Positions 1-9,427 of a DNA stretch of 27,665 bases are shown here, in pieces; within the stretch, counting starts at the first letter, position 1; each line of letters opens with the position of its first letter. Source of the stretch: a virus (lineage: Duplodnaviria; Caudoviricetes); the IMG/VR virus record IMGVR_UViG_3300018068_000006, positions 1 through 27,665 of that record; one strand, 5' to 3'. The notes under the pieces were generated by a model, which ran no database searches, was not told the origin of the DNA, and was given only the letters and a program-made list of their open reading frames with translations. Both the position numbers and the translations under genes were made by a program.

Positions 1-123
1 ATCCAGATAAAGTAGTAGGTGTACCAGTAATTGATGTAGTAAAATCCCATGTTTTATTATCAACTTGCGTTTTAGTATAAGCATCAGTAATACCATATCC
101 AGATAAAGTAGTAGGTGTACCAG
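1..123. repeat. 27-bp coding direct repeat (GTPTTLSG fibre repeat)
   Basis: ATCCAGATAAAGTAGTAGGTGTACCAG at 1-27 and 97-123; a degenerate third copy lies at about 257-289. Confidence 0.9.
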
Positions 124-1561
124 ATGTTATTTTACTCCATGAAAGATTAGGAATATCAGAAGCTACCAAATCTACACCTCCTATTACTAATCCTTTACTA
201 TCATATGTTATCTTGGTATGGATAGCTCCTGTAATAGCTACATTACCTTGCATACCATCAGTAATACCATACCCAGCTAAAGTAGTTGGCTTATTGGTTA
301 CATTCCCCCAATGCACTAAAGAACTGCCGGATATTTGTAATTCTGTTTTAGTATAAACATTTGCGGATAAAGCATATCCAGCAGAAGCATGGTTTCCCCA
401 ACCATAAGCTGTCTGCCAATTTGTTATATTTGTAGCTGTTATAGCTGTAACACCAATATAGTTAATAAAATCAGATTTTAAAGCATATGTACCTGATGTT
501 AAACTATGATAAGAACCATCACCACCTAAGTAATCAGTATAACTACCAGATAATATAGGAGCCATACCTCCACTAGAAATAGTAGCTAAAGAAAATGATA
601 ATACTTGTGAAGAATTAATACTAACCCCTAATGCTGGAGAACTTATAGAAACGGGTGAATGAGATGATCCTCCTTGGCTATTTACAAAAGGAATTATTTC
701 TTCTGGAAATGTTATAGTAATATAATCACTTAATTCAGTAATAATATCGACCGTTCTTAAATAAGCTGTAGCTAAATCATTATAATATAATGCTAAATCA
801 TATTCAGTATAAGAAGTATCTATTTTAGTTAATGAAATCTGGATACGATAAGCAAGTTCTTTATTAGTAGCCCTAGAAGTATCAAATAATTGTTTAAATG
901 TTTCTATGTATCCCCTAATAACATTCATATCATTAAGATATGCTGTTATAGTTTCGGTAGCTGTTAATGAAGCATTTATAATAAGCCCATCACTTTCTAT
1001 ATAAACCAATACGGAAGTTATTTGACTAGTCCATATACCACTCCATATATTTGGAGAATAAGTTATAGCCTGGTTACTATTACTTACTATGGATAATGGG
1101 CTTCCCGATGGAGGAGTTACTTCATGGGTACTAACCAAACTACTATACGATCCATAACTAGTATTATCAGTAGATATAAATATAGAATTATATCCATCTA
1201 CAACTTGACTAATAGATATAGCTGGAACAATAAAAGAGTAAGTATATGAATTACTAACTGTAGATATAGAGCTATCGGATGAATTTAATACAGAATACTG
1301 GACAGTATAAGCCCCAGCCAGAACATAACCTTGTGCATTTGTAGGTAATGCAATATAACCAGAATATAGACTAGTACTTGGAGTAACATCTGGACTTGAA
1401 TAATTAGTATTATTATATGTTATTCCACGAGGAGTAGTTATTTTTATAACTCCTTTAATATTAGACAATAAAATTCCTTGAATAGAATATGATGAAGTAT
1501 CTTGGATTCTAAATTTCCTTTGATTAATATCTACATAAGTTAAAAAACTTATAGTTGCCAT
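1..1561 (-). CDS. Virion structural protein with fibre repeats (partial, runs off the window start)
   Basis: Not in the ORF track because there is no stop in the window. Manual translation from ATG 1561 (MATISFLTYVDINQRKFRIQD...) is in frame with the sequence at base 1. Ser/Thr-rich N-terminus, a helical segment, then fibre-type motifs (NWQTAYGWGNHASAGY, HWGNVTNKPTTLAGYGITD, KITYDSKGLVIGG, TPTTLSGYGITDAYTK). Preceded by TAACTTTG. Confidence 0.8.
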   Translation of the reverse strand, partial: MATISFLTYVDINQRKFRIQDTSSYSIQGILLSNIKGVIKITTPRGITYNNTNYSSPDVTPSTSLYSGYIALPTNAQGYVLAGAYTVQYSVLNSSDSSISTVSNSYTYSFIVPAISISQVVDGYNSIFISTDNTSYGSYSSLVSTHEVTPPSGSPLSIVSNSNQAITYSPNIWSGIWTSQITSVLVYIESDGLIINASLTATETITAYLNDMNVIRGYIETFKQLFDTSRATNKELAYRIQISLTKIDTSYTEYDLALYYNDLATAYLRTVDIITELSDYITITFPEEIIPFVNSQGGSSHSPVSISSPALGVSINSSQVLSFSLATISSGGMAPILSGSYTDYLGGDGSYHSLTSGTYALKSDFINYIGVTAITATNITNWQTAYGWGNHASAGYALSANVYTKTELQISGSSLVHWGNVTNKPTTLAGYGITDGMQGNVAITGAIHTKITYDSKGLVIGGVDLVASDIPNLSWSKITSGTPTTLSGYGITDAYTKTQVDNKTWDFTTSITGTPTTLSG

Positions 1562-1576
1562 ATCATTTTGTTTTCA

Positions 1577-1584
1577 CAAAGTTA
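1577..1584 (-). promoter_or_regulatory. Bacteroidota -7 promoter element (TAACTTTG)
   Basis: Matches the TAnnTTTG consensus, just upstream of the fibre-gene ATG and downstream of a terminator. Confidence 0.6.
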
Positions 1585-1611
1585 TAAAATTTTAATTATG
1601 CTTTTATAAAC

Positions 1612-1643
1612 AAAAAATCTCCTGATAAATACCAGGAGATTTT
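1612..1643 (-). terminator. Intrinsic terminator after the 344-aa gene
   Basis: AAAATCTCCTG / CAGGAGATTTT stem followed by a T-run on the minus strand. Confidence 0.75.
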
Positions 1644-1667
1644 AAAAAACCAAACCAAACTGAGAAA

Positions 1668-2702
1668 TTAACTAACTGTTCCTTTTAATGAATCCTGTTC
1701 CAATAATTCTTCGATAATTCTATCGGAAGTCATTGTTTTACTATTTATACCTCTTTCTTTGGCAAGTTTTTTTAATTCAGGCCAATTTAAATAATTATAT
1801 TTATTTTCAGGTTCACTGTGCATTAGACCTTTTAATGTATCAAATAATGATGCGTTAAGTCGTATGTAATCAATTAATATAGATTCCTTCTGAGATATAT
1901 TAGTAGCTGGAACAAAAACAATGGGTTGCGTAAGCATCCCGGTCGTAGAATCTACAAAATACCATCCTTTATCTTTGTTACTCCAACCAATAATATTTTT
2001 ATCAATAGATAATTGGACTATAGATCTAAATTCCGAAAATGGATCTTCTCCATTTACTTCGGATACAAATTCTTCAATACCTCTTTTTGTTACAGAATAA
2101 TTACGTTGACAAGAATATACTTTATCTAACAATAATTTTCTAAGGGTATTGATATGTATATTTTCAGTATTAGGTACACCCCAAGATGCACCAAGTTGTT
2201 TCAAACGTTTATCATCGTTATAAATAGGACTATATTTACTACATAAGAAAAATTCAAGTGTAGCACTTTCTCCTATTTTTTCAACATCTTCGGTGTTTTT
2301 CTTATCCAAATCCTCTATTTCATAGAGTCCAGATTTTAATAAACTACTAAGGTTAATAATAAAATAAGCTAAATCTGTTTCCTTTAAAACATCAAGATAT
2401 ATATCACCATGTTCAATAATGATAGACCTTTTAGTAAATTGAAGTTTCCCATTTTCTAAACGAGGAGTATTCTTAGTATAAACCCAAGTTTCGGATTCTC
2501 CATTTTTATTTATAACAGTAGCTTGTAGAGGCCACGCATGTGCAGAGAAAGGTTCTGAATGACCAGTTTTATTAATCTCAACTTTTTGAGTTGTTTTTAT
2601 TCGAACTGGATTTTTCATCTTCCTGATTTTTAAAAAATCAGATTCAATATATTTCCAGTTTTCATCTTTTAATCTAACTAATTCATCATTACAGTAAAGC
2701 AT
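1668..2702 (-). CDS. Capsid-adjacent protein (position of the crAss-like gene following MCP), with a C-terminal Rho_N/HeH-like motif
   Basis: 344-aa ORF directly after MCP; the C-terminus LNWPELKKLAKERGINSKTMTSDRIIEELL resembles a helix-extension-helix motif. Confidence 0.55.
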   Translation of the reverse strand: MLYCNDELVRLKDENWKYIESDFLKIRKMKNPVRIKTTQKVEINKTGHSEPFSAHAWPLQATVINKNGESETWVYTKNTPRLENGKLQFTKRSIIIEHGDIYLDVLKETDLAYFIINLSSLLKSGLYEIEDLDKKNTEDVEKIGESATLEFFLCSKYSPIYNDDKRLKQLGASWGVPNTENIHINTLRKLLLDKVYSCQRNYSVTKRGIEEFVSEVNGEDPFSEFRSIVQLSIDKNIIGWSNKDKGWYFVDSTTGMLTQPIVFVPATNISQKESILIDYIRLNASLFDTLKGLMHSEPENKYNYLNWPELKKLAKERGINSKTMTSDRIIEELLEQDSLKGTVS

Positions 2703-2743
2703 AATTTTAAATTTAAGTTAATATCTCTATGTTTTGGTTTATA

Positions 2744-2778
2744 ATAAAAAGGGGAAGCAATTAACCTCCCCCTTTTAT
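2744..2778 (-). terminator. Intrinsic terminator after major capsid gene
   Basis: Minus strand AAAAGGGGGAGG-TTAATT-GCTTCCCCTTTTT immediately after the MCP stop. Confidence 0.7.
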
Positions 2779-2780
2779 GA

Positions 2781-4241
2781 TTAAATTTTGTTAACAAGTA
2801 CCATTTTCTGAACACCAGTCGGAATAAACATATATTCTGACAACATCATACCTTTAGTAGTATCAGTAGATTGTGTGATAGGTAAATTTTGACCTGTCAT
2901 ACCATTTAAATATCCAACAACCCTAGCACGACTTTCACCGTTATGATTAGGATACCCAATCATGAGGCTAGATATTTTTACTTTTTTATCTACATTAGGG
3001 CCACCACCTTCAATGGTTACAGGATTTTCCCCCATAGGCACTATGAAACCCATTGACCGGTAACGATCATTATAAGCGGCAGCACCCATACCATTAGGAT
3101 TACTTAAATTACCAAATTCTTTAAGGATAAACCTAAAATTCTGTTTACGGAAAATCTGGAAATCGAGCCCAACTTCATCAAGCTTCTTCATAATATCAGT
3201 AGAACTAGAATTTTCTTTAATAAAGTTATATCCGGCATTTTCTAAATTACCATAAAGTTGATCACCCATACCAAATAACATTTCCTGGGCAGAAACTCCA
3301 ACAGAAATCATTAAAGATTTAATATCATCAAAGTCGGATACTTCAAAGTTATCTGAATAGGTTTTCTTTAATGCTAATTTTTGAAGCCACTGCATAAAAC
3401 CACGCTGAGCTTTAATAGGAACACTATTCCCAAAAGCATCATTCTGAACAAAAGTAGTATTATCAGCTTCCTGTCCTAACCATACATTATAGTTAATTCT
3501 TTTATTATGATCAAATTCTTGCTGAACAGAAGCGGCGTTAAATCTACCTACACCCATACCTCCTTTTAATGGTACATCATCTAAGTAGTTTTCTTGGTAA
3601 AGTAACCCACCAGCCATATCAAATGTAGATTTTGAAAGTGCAGTATAAAAATCACGTTGATACGAACCATTAGTTTTACCAGCAGGTTGATCAGTACCTA
3701 ACCCATAGGAGTCTCCAGCAATCATTAATTTAGTTCCAGCAGGAATAGCAGTAGTAATACGTGCGGCTGAAAAATTAGTACCTGCTTTATTGTGAGGCAT
3801 AGCAGTATATATTTTAGCTGATCCAACACCACCATTATCACTCATAATACGATACAGATAATCTTGCGAAGTATCGGCTGTATATAAACCTGGAATAAGT
3901 ATACTTTCCCCAATATTTAATGCTGCGTTATTTTGCGTATCATAATCAGCTGCAGCTAAACTAAAGGTAATAACTGCTCCTGTTGCTCCAGTAGTGATAC
4001 CTCCATTACCAATAGTGATAAGTTTTTCATAAGCATACTGTTCAAAAATCTTTAGATTATCACCTTTAATGTCTATTGTTTCGCCTATCAAATCAATAAA
4101 ATCAAACACATCAAACAAGTGTCCATACTGTTTGTATATTTTTTTCCATACTTGTGGAACTTTTTCAAAAGAATAAAGTGATTGCCATAGGTTCGTCCAT
4201 TGACCACTGGCGACATAACTAGTTGCGGGTGTTAAAGCCAT
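2781..4241 (-). CDS. Major capsid protein (probable HK97 fold, crAss-like size)
   Basis: 486 aa, Gly/Ala/Thr-rich; sits after portal and an acidic scaffold-like gene and has its own terminator. Segments EFDHNKRINYNVWLG and RGFMQWL are in the style of HK97-type capsids. Confidence 0.8.
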   Translation of the reverse strand: MALTPATSYVASGQWTNLWQSLYSFEKVPQVWKKIYKQYGHLFDVFDFIDLIGETIDIKGDNLKIFEQYAYEKLITIGNGGITTGATGAVITFSLAAADYDTQNNAALNIGESILIPGLYTADTSQDYLYRIMSDNGGVGSAKIYTAMPHNKAGTNFSAARITTAIPAGTKLMIAGDSYGLGTDQPAGKTNGSYQRDFYTALSKSTFDMAGGLLYQENYLDDVPLKGGMGVGRFNAASVQQEFDHNKRINYNVWLGQEADNTTFVQNDAFGNSVPIKAQRGFMQWLQKLALKKTYSDNFEVSDFDDIKSLMISVGVSAQEMLFGMGDQLYGNLENAGYNFIKENSSSTDIMKKLDEVGLDFQIFRKQNFRFILKEFGNLSNPNGMGAAAYNDRYRSMGFIVPMGENPVTIEGGGPNVDKKVKISSLMIGYPNHNGESRARVVGYLNGMTGQNLPITQSTDTTKGMMLSEYMFIPTGVQKMVLVNKI

Positions 4242-4264
4242 TTTTATAGTTTTAAAGTTTTAAA

Positions 4265-5461
4265 TTAAATCAGTCTCTCCATTTTACTCCAAACATCATT
4301 CTTATCAATTTGTGGTGCTGTCTTTTCTGATAAAGGAACATCATTATTTACTTTATGATGCCATTCATCATTGACTTGAGTAGAAACTTTTAAAGCATGA
4401 GATTTGATAATTTTAGGAAGTTCCTTTGCAATGTATCGACCTTTTATGGATTCAAGTACATTTGTAATAGTTTCTTCATTAATTGGCTGACCGGTATAAG
4501 CCAAGTAATCTACATAATTACTAACCTCTTTTTTAAAAGAATCATTTATCTCAGGATTGTATTTATACAACTCCTTACCATCTTCATCAGGAATGATTAA
4601 TTCAGTAAAATTAGAAATCATCTTGTCTACGATTGGCGACCATGCTTGTTTAGTCTGTTCGAATTGTGCTTTTTCTTTAGAGACAAACTCTTGTCTCACT
4701 TTTTCGACATCGACCGGGACAGGTAATTCGACATTTTGTAAAGCCTTAAATTCGTTTCGAATTTCTTTACCAGCTTTAGCAATTTTTGCCTTAGTTACAT
4801 TATCCCAAGAATCGGGATCGTTAAGATCAACACCTCCAAAATTATCAGCAATTACTTCCTTTACTTGGGAATCGTTCATTCCCTTAAAAATATCGGAATC
4901 ATCTAGTAATGCTTTTTTAACTAACAAATCAACGGTATCCGTTTTTTCTAAATCCATATTACTAATAGATGTCATAATGGAAATATCCTTATCCGGGTAT
5001 TTCTTTAACATCTCGTTAGTCTTATATAGACTATCGTTTGCAAAATATTTTTTTATATCAATAAATCTTAAAGAATCTTTTTCATTTTCACGCTGAATCT
5101 TTAAATCCTCTAACTCTTTTTTAGTTAGCCCATGTTGAGATTCTAAATCTTTCACTTTATTCTCATACTCAGAAACCTTACTTGGAGCAGAAAATATATC
5201 TTCTAACTCTTTTTCCTCTTTAATTTCACGACCAAATCTTTTGCCATATTTGGTATTAAAATCAGAAATATCAATAATCTGAGCATCCGGTTTAATATTG
5301 TTGACAGGATCACTACTATCACCAGGAGGAATAACTGGATTGGTAACAGTGGAATTATCAATAATAGAATTACCAACATCGGGAATACCATTATCAACAG
5401 TATTTGATTCTGTTTTTTTCTGAGGGAAAGCCTCTCTAAACGCATTAACAATTTCATCCAT
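4265..5461 (-). CDS. Putative capsid scaffold/assembly protein
   Basis: 398 aa, acidic low-complexity N-terminus and coiled coils, immediately upstream of MCP. Confidence 0.6.
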   Translation of the reverse strand: MDEIVNAFREAFPQKKTESNTVDNGIPDVGNSIIDNSTVTNPVIPPGDSSDPVNNIKPDAQIIDISDFNTKYGKRFGREIKEEKELEDIFSAPSKVSEYENKVKDLESQHGLTKKELEDLKIQRENEKDSLRFIDIKKYFANDSLYKTNEMLKKYPDKDISIMTSISNMDLEKTDTVDLLVKKALLDDSDIFKGMNDSQVKEVIADNFGGVDLNDPDSWDNVTKAKIAKAGKEIRNEFKALQNVELPVPVDVEKVRQEFVSKEKAQFEQTKQAWSPIVDKMISNFTELIIPDEDGKELYKYNPEINDSFKKEVSNYVDYLAYTGQPINEETITNVLESIKGRYIAKELPKIIKSHALKVSTQVNDEWHHKVNNDVPLSEKTAPQIDKNDVWSKMERLI

Positions 5462-5482
5462 AGTTATTATAATTTCTCAGTA

Positions 5483-5518
5483 CAAAATTAATATTATATT
5501 TTTTATGTTTTTAAACAT
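5483..5518 (-). promoter_or_regulatory. Promoter TAATTTTG (5490-5483) plus palindrome ATGTTTTTAAACAT (5505-5518)
   Basis: TAnnTTTG consensus upstream of the scaffold ATG; the palindrome recurs at other promoters with the same spacing. Confidence 0.7.
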
Positions 5519-5580
5519 GTTTTTTTATATAAAAAATATGAATATATATAATATATTATCATAATATATTTGATATTCAA

Positions 5581-6495
5581 TTATTTAGTAGATTCAATTT
5601 CTTCAACATATTTATTTTTAATATGAGATGGTAGATCATTAAACTTTCTCATAGTCATATAATCATTTTCTGAAATTTCTTCTTTAGTACCATCATCATA
5701 TACTTTATGAAACTTCCACCCAGGATTTTTAAATACAATACCATCTTCTGTACTAACCTGTGTTTTGCCATTATAAGATGGTACGACTTTAGATAATCTC
5801 TTTATATATGTCTTAGATACATTCTTAGAAGTATCTCCTGTATTAGTACTACTATAATATGTTTTTGTTTTAAATAAATCTTCCGATGTGGGATCATATT
5901 GTTCTGTTCTTTCAAAAGTACTTACATTCTTATTGTTTTGTGTGTCTGTTTTGGGTTTTATAATATCGGTATATTTAATAGGATTAAAAGCTACAGCATG
6001 CCTAGATCCTATTTTCCATTGTTCGGGTTTAGTAGGATCATCTCCTTCCCCTATTAAATTAAGTTCATTTCCATATTTACCCCTAAGATTTACATATTTA
6101 TCCCAATTTTCACCTAATGTCTTTTTTTGTTCTTCTGGAGATAAATAAAAATTAGGGTTTTTTTTACTATATTCTTCAGCTCCTGTTAACCTAGTTTTAG
6201 GAGATAATGGTTTATCTTCATTCCATCCATATTTAGATGTTAATTCTTTATATACATTAGGATTCTTTTTTTCTAATTCTTTATTTAAAGTATCACTTAA
6301 ATAATATAATTCAGCTTTTTCTTGTAATTTTTGCTCTTTGTTTTGTACATCTTGAATAAAAATTTCGTAATAAGGGTCTGATGTTACTTTACTTTCAGGT
6401 ATAGGATAGTTTTCAAAAAAATCCTGATAACCTGGATGTTCTTTTACAAATCTTTCTACCTGTGAATCTTTTTTAGTTGTTTTATTGTTCGGCAT
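5581..6495 (-). CDS. Hypothetical protein between portal and scaffold
   Basis: 304-aa Lys/Glu-rich ORF whose start overlaps the portal stop by 14 nt; no motif recognised. Confidence 0.7.
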   Translation of the reverse strand: MPNNKTTKKDSQVERFVKEHPGYQDFFENYPIPESKVTSDPYYEIFIQDVQNKEQKLQEKAELYYLSDTLNKELEKKNPNVYKELTSKYGWNEDKPLSPKTRLTGAEEYSKKNPNFYLSPEEQKKTLGENWDKYVNLRGKYGNELNLIGEGDDPTKPEQWKIGSRHAVAFNPIKYTDIIKPKTDTQNNKNVSTFERTEQYDPTSEDLFKTKTYYSSTNTGDTSKNVSKTYIKRLSKVVPSYNGKTQVSTEDGIVFKNPGWKFHKVYDDGTKEEISENDYMTMRKFNDLPSHIKNKYVEEIESTK

Positions 6496-8842
6496 TTTGG
6501 GTTTGATTTTGATTTTGTAATTCCATTTCTTTCATATCTCTATCTTGACCTTTTATATATCTTTCATGAAACTGTTTATGACTTTCAAGTTCCATATCAT
6601 TTTGATGCTGATTATTATCAGTAGCTATTTTAGCCTGAACCTGCATAGTTTGATTATCCTGCATAGCTTTAGCTTTCATTTGTTCAAGTTGAGCATTTTG
6701 TTGACCCTGGGCCTGTATAGCTGCTTGTTTTTCTTTTTCTTGTCGATCTATTTCTTTATCAATAGCATTTGATAGGTAAAGACGTATATCACTTAAATTA
6801 GCACCGTGCATTAATTTTTCTTTAATATAAAGTTTTACATCAAATCTTATTAATGGCTTACCGTCTTTTCCAGGCATAGAAGCTGTTTCTATATCTCTAT
6901 ATAAACTTTGAAGTTCTTCAGTAGTAGGTCTAGGGACTAATTTTATACCTAATTCCCTTGCCTCGTATTCACTTTGAACTAAAGTATCCACATCGTTTTT
7001 ACCTATAACCCTAGAATAAACTTCCCTACAATTTTCATCATTCCTTAGTGCTAACCTAATGGCCTCTGATTGAAATTCAGCAGATTGTTCTTTTACTCTA
7101 AAGATAGAATCTATAATTGGCCTTAGTATCTTAGTAGTATTTTGCATTGCTATTTCAGTAGTACCAAGTCCACTTTGTGTATTTGGTTGAGACCCTAAAG
7201 CTATTGGATTTATACCTGTAATCATTTCAACCATACGTAAAGAATTTTCAAATAACTTGATAGACTCATCTATCCTATTCATAATAGTAGAAGGAATTAC
7301 ATCTATCGGTTTAACTGCCCCTCCACCATACTTACCATTTACCGGTAAGGACCTAAATGGTAAAACATGAGTTCTTTTAGCATGTTTAAGAATCTTTAAT
7401 GTATCCCATGTTTCACCACCCATTTTGATTCTATCCAAAACAGATTGATCAAGTAATAATATTTCCCCAAATGATTCTATTAATGATTCTTGTAGTTTTA
7501 ACCAAGTTATTTGAAAACTATCAAAAATAGGAATCAATCTTTGTGTTATAGCTACTTCTGTACCATTATATATATGAAAAGACATTAATGGCCTTTTATT
7601 ACTTTTATTCCTTGGTTGGCTAGGGCTAATCTTATGACTATAAATAAGGTCAGAACCTATAACCCACTTAGCTTCATATTTTCTTTTTATAGTAGTAACC
7701 CTAGTTTTATTAGCTTCTGTATTTCTTATTCTCCCAAAATCTTGATCATAAATAGTCATAATACCTCTCTTACCTTCATGTATTGTTTTATATTCAAGAT
7801 CATTATCTATCCATTCTACTTCAAGAACTAAGCATTTATAAAAATCATACATCCAATTACCATACCTATCTTTCTGGTTAAAATCCATCCATTGAGATTG
7901 AAGGGGGTTACTTAACAATCCACCCCAATTTTGAGCTAATTGTCCTATTTCTTCTTCTGAATAACCTTCATCTTCTAAAAAATGGCGTATTTCGGATACT
8001 GTTTTTTCTCTTATAATACCAAAATAACAACTATCATGGTAATCTCTTTTATCAGAATATTGTCCTATAACCCTAGTAATATCTTCATATTGCGTTTTCC
8101 ATTTACATTCTTCTGCATCATAATAATCATGAAGACATACAGCATTAAAATTAACAACATCCCTAATTAACTTTTCTTTTATATCTTCCCAATTAGATAT
8201 TTCATATGTATGTTTTAATGCCTTTTCAAGAGATTTAGCGATACCTGTTTTAAATTCTCCCAAGTCCTGCATAAGTTGTAATTCATCCAAATCTTTAGGA
8301 TATTTGGTATCGCTTTGTGTTGGTATATTAGCTTGTCCTTTTATAAGATTTAAAAAATCAAGATGTTGTGATTCTGCATATAACTTACTTTTAGATCGCT
8401 CCTGTTCGTATCCTGAATCTGGATCAATTGTATCAGCTACCATATTATAATCAACATCTTTAAACGATCCTAATATAGCTTGCATGATACGTGGAGCAAG
8501 ACTTAATATGTCTCTATTTAAATTACCTAATCCTTTTCTTTTACCTTGTTTATTAGTCCAATTACCATCAATACTAGTCATTACCCGGTTGGGTTCTTGA
8601 GTATCTCTTGGATACAATATTTCTTCATATTTAGCTGGATCTTGCCTACCATCAGAATATTGTCTTATTTCATTGTAATAAGAAAGTAATGAATATGGAA
8701 AACTAGCTTTATCTCCAACATATGTAGTATATATGGCCTCACACATTCGTATGCCATAATCTTTTGTTAATTTTAATTTTGGGTCTATATTCCTACTTGG
8801 AAACATAACCGTTTCTCTTTGATATTTTTCTGCAAACTTCAT
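6482..8842 (-). CDS. Portal protein (crAss-like size, about 786 aa)
   Basis: Large helical ORF in the terL-portal-scaffold-MCP order with a Gln-rich C-terminal coiled coil. Start moved from 8893 to ATG 8842 (MKFAEKYQ) because the extra 17 codons overlap the promoter and palindrome. Confidence 0.8.
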   Translation of the reverse strand: MKFAEKYQRETVMFPSRNIDPKLKLTKDYGIRMCEAIYTTYVGDKASFPYSLLSYYNEIRQYSDGRQDPAKYEEILYPRDTQEPNRVMTSIDGNWTNKQGKRKGLGNLNRDILSLAPRIMQAILGSFKDVDYNMVADTIDPDSGYEQERSKSKLYAESQHLDFLNLIKGQANIPTQSDTKYPKDLDELQLMQDLGEFKTGIAKSLEKALKHTYEISNWEDIKEKLIRDVVNFNAVCLHDYYDAEECKWKTQYEDITRVIGQYSDKRDYHDSCYFGIIREKTVSEIRHFLEDEGYSEEEIGQLAQNWGGLLSNPLQSQWMDFNQKDRYGNWMYDFYKCLVLEVEWIDNDLEYKTIHEGKRGIMTIYDQDFGRIRNTEANKTRVTTIKRKYEAKWVIGSDLIYSHKISPSQPRNKSNKRPLMSFHIYNGTEVAITQRLIPIFDSFQITWLKLQESLIESFGEILLLDQSVLDRIKMGGETWDTLKILKHAKRTHVLPFRSLPVNGKYGGGAVKPIDVIPSTIMNRIDESIKLFENSLRMVEMITGINPIALGSQPNTQSGLGTTEIAMQNTTKILRPIIDSIFRVKEQSAEFQSEAIRLALRNDENCREVYSRVIGKNDVDTLVQSEYEARELGIKLVPRPTTEELQSLYRDIETASMPGKDGKPLIRFDVKLYIKEKLMHGANLSDIRLYLSNAIDKEIDRQEKEKQAAIQAQGQQNAQLEQMKAKAMQDNQTMQVQAKIATDNNQHQNDMELESHKQFHERYIKGQDRDMKEMELQNQNQTQNAEQ

Positions 8843-8857
8843 TAGAAAAATTTTTAT

Positions 8858-8923
8858 CAAAATTAATAAATTTAAAATTATGTTTTTAAACATGTTTTAA
8901 TATAAAAAAATATACTATCTTTG
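8858..8923. promoter_or_regulatory. Divergent promoters: TAATTTTG (-, 8865-8858) and TATCTTTG (+, 8916-8923), with palindrome at 8880-8893
   Basis: Two TAnnTTTG matches facing outward around ATGTTTTTAAACAT. Confidence 0.7.
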
Positions 8924-8940
8924 TCAGTAGAAAATTCATA

Positions 8941-9052
8941 GATCAATAGCAGTGATCGAGTTAAAATAAACAAGTATAAAAACTTGCCGTCTTTTGTTTC
9001 CAAATAATAAAAGATTTAACCCAAAAGCTGCTATCTTTTGGGTTTTCTTTTT
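8941..9052 (+). ncRNA. Structured leader / small RNA ending in a terminator, with complementary loops
   Basis: Hairpin GATCA-ATAGCAG-TGATC; terminator AACCCAAAAG-CTGCTAT-CTTTTGGGTT plus T-run. The two loops are exact reverse complements. Confidence 0.6.
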
Positions 9053-9059
9053 GGATTAA

Positions 9060-9335
9060 TTGGCGCGACATACCGAACAATGGATTCGGGGCACTAGGAT
9101 TACCAAAATAAGTTTACTAGGGGATTTGTACATAGACAAGTGTTAGAACTAAGGAATACGACACGTACAACAATCGGCTAAACGATTGAAGGAGGTTCCA
9201 AGCCAAAGGACTTTAGTGTTTCACTTTGGACACGAAACGATAGACCCGGCTCCGTCGGAATGACAAGCTGAATTGATTCGAATAGTGAGTTCTATCCTGG
9301 TGAATATTTTTTCACAAGGATAGAACTCACTATTC
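9060..9335 (+). ncRNA. Candidate multi-stem non-coding RNA ending in a long hairpin
   Basis: GC-richer ORF-free tract with stems CCGAA/TTCGG, TTGTAC/GTACAA, CAATCG/CGATTG and CCAAAG/CTTTGG, and a 19-bp perfect inverted repeat at 9280-9298/9317-9335. Confidence 0.5.
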
Positions 9336-9427
9336 ACTTTCACTCCTGAACCCTCACCGTTAGAATGTTGATATAAAAACTATAATATTAAACTAATTAA
9401 ATTATAATATATATCCTAATAAATTAT

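Noticed and set aside
4397-8170. ORF-track entries 4397-4600, 4557-5096, 5203-5457, 5888-6148, 6545-6772, 7616-7831, 7982-8170
   Set aside because: They lie antisense or out of frame within scaffold, 304-aa and portal genes and have shadow-ORF composition.
8843-8893. 17-codon N-terminal extension of portal (possible signal peptide)
   Set aside because: It overlaps the TAATTTTG promoter and palindrome; the hydrophobicity is an artefact of AT-rich DNA.
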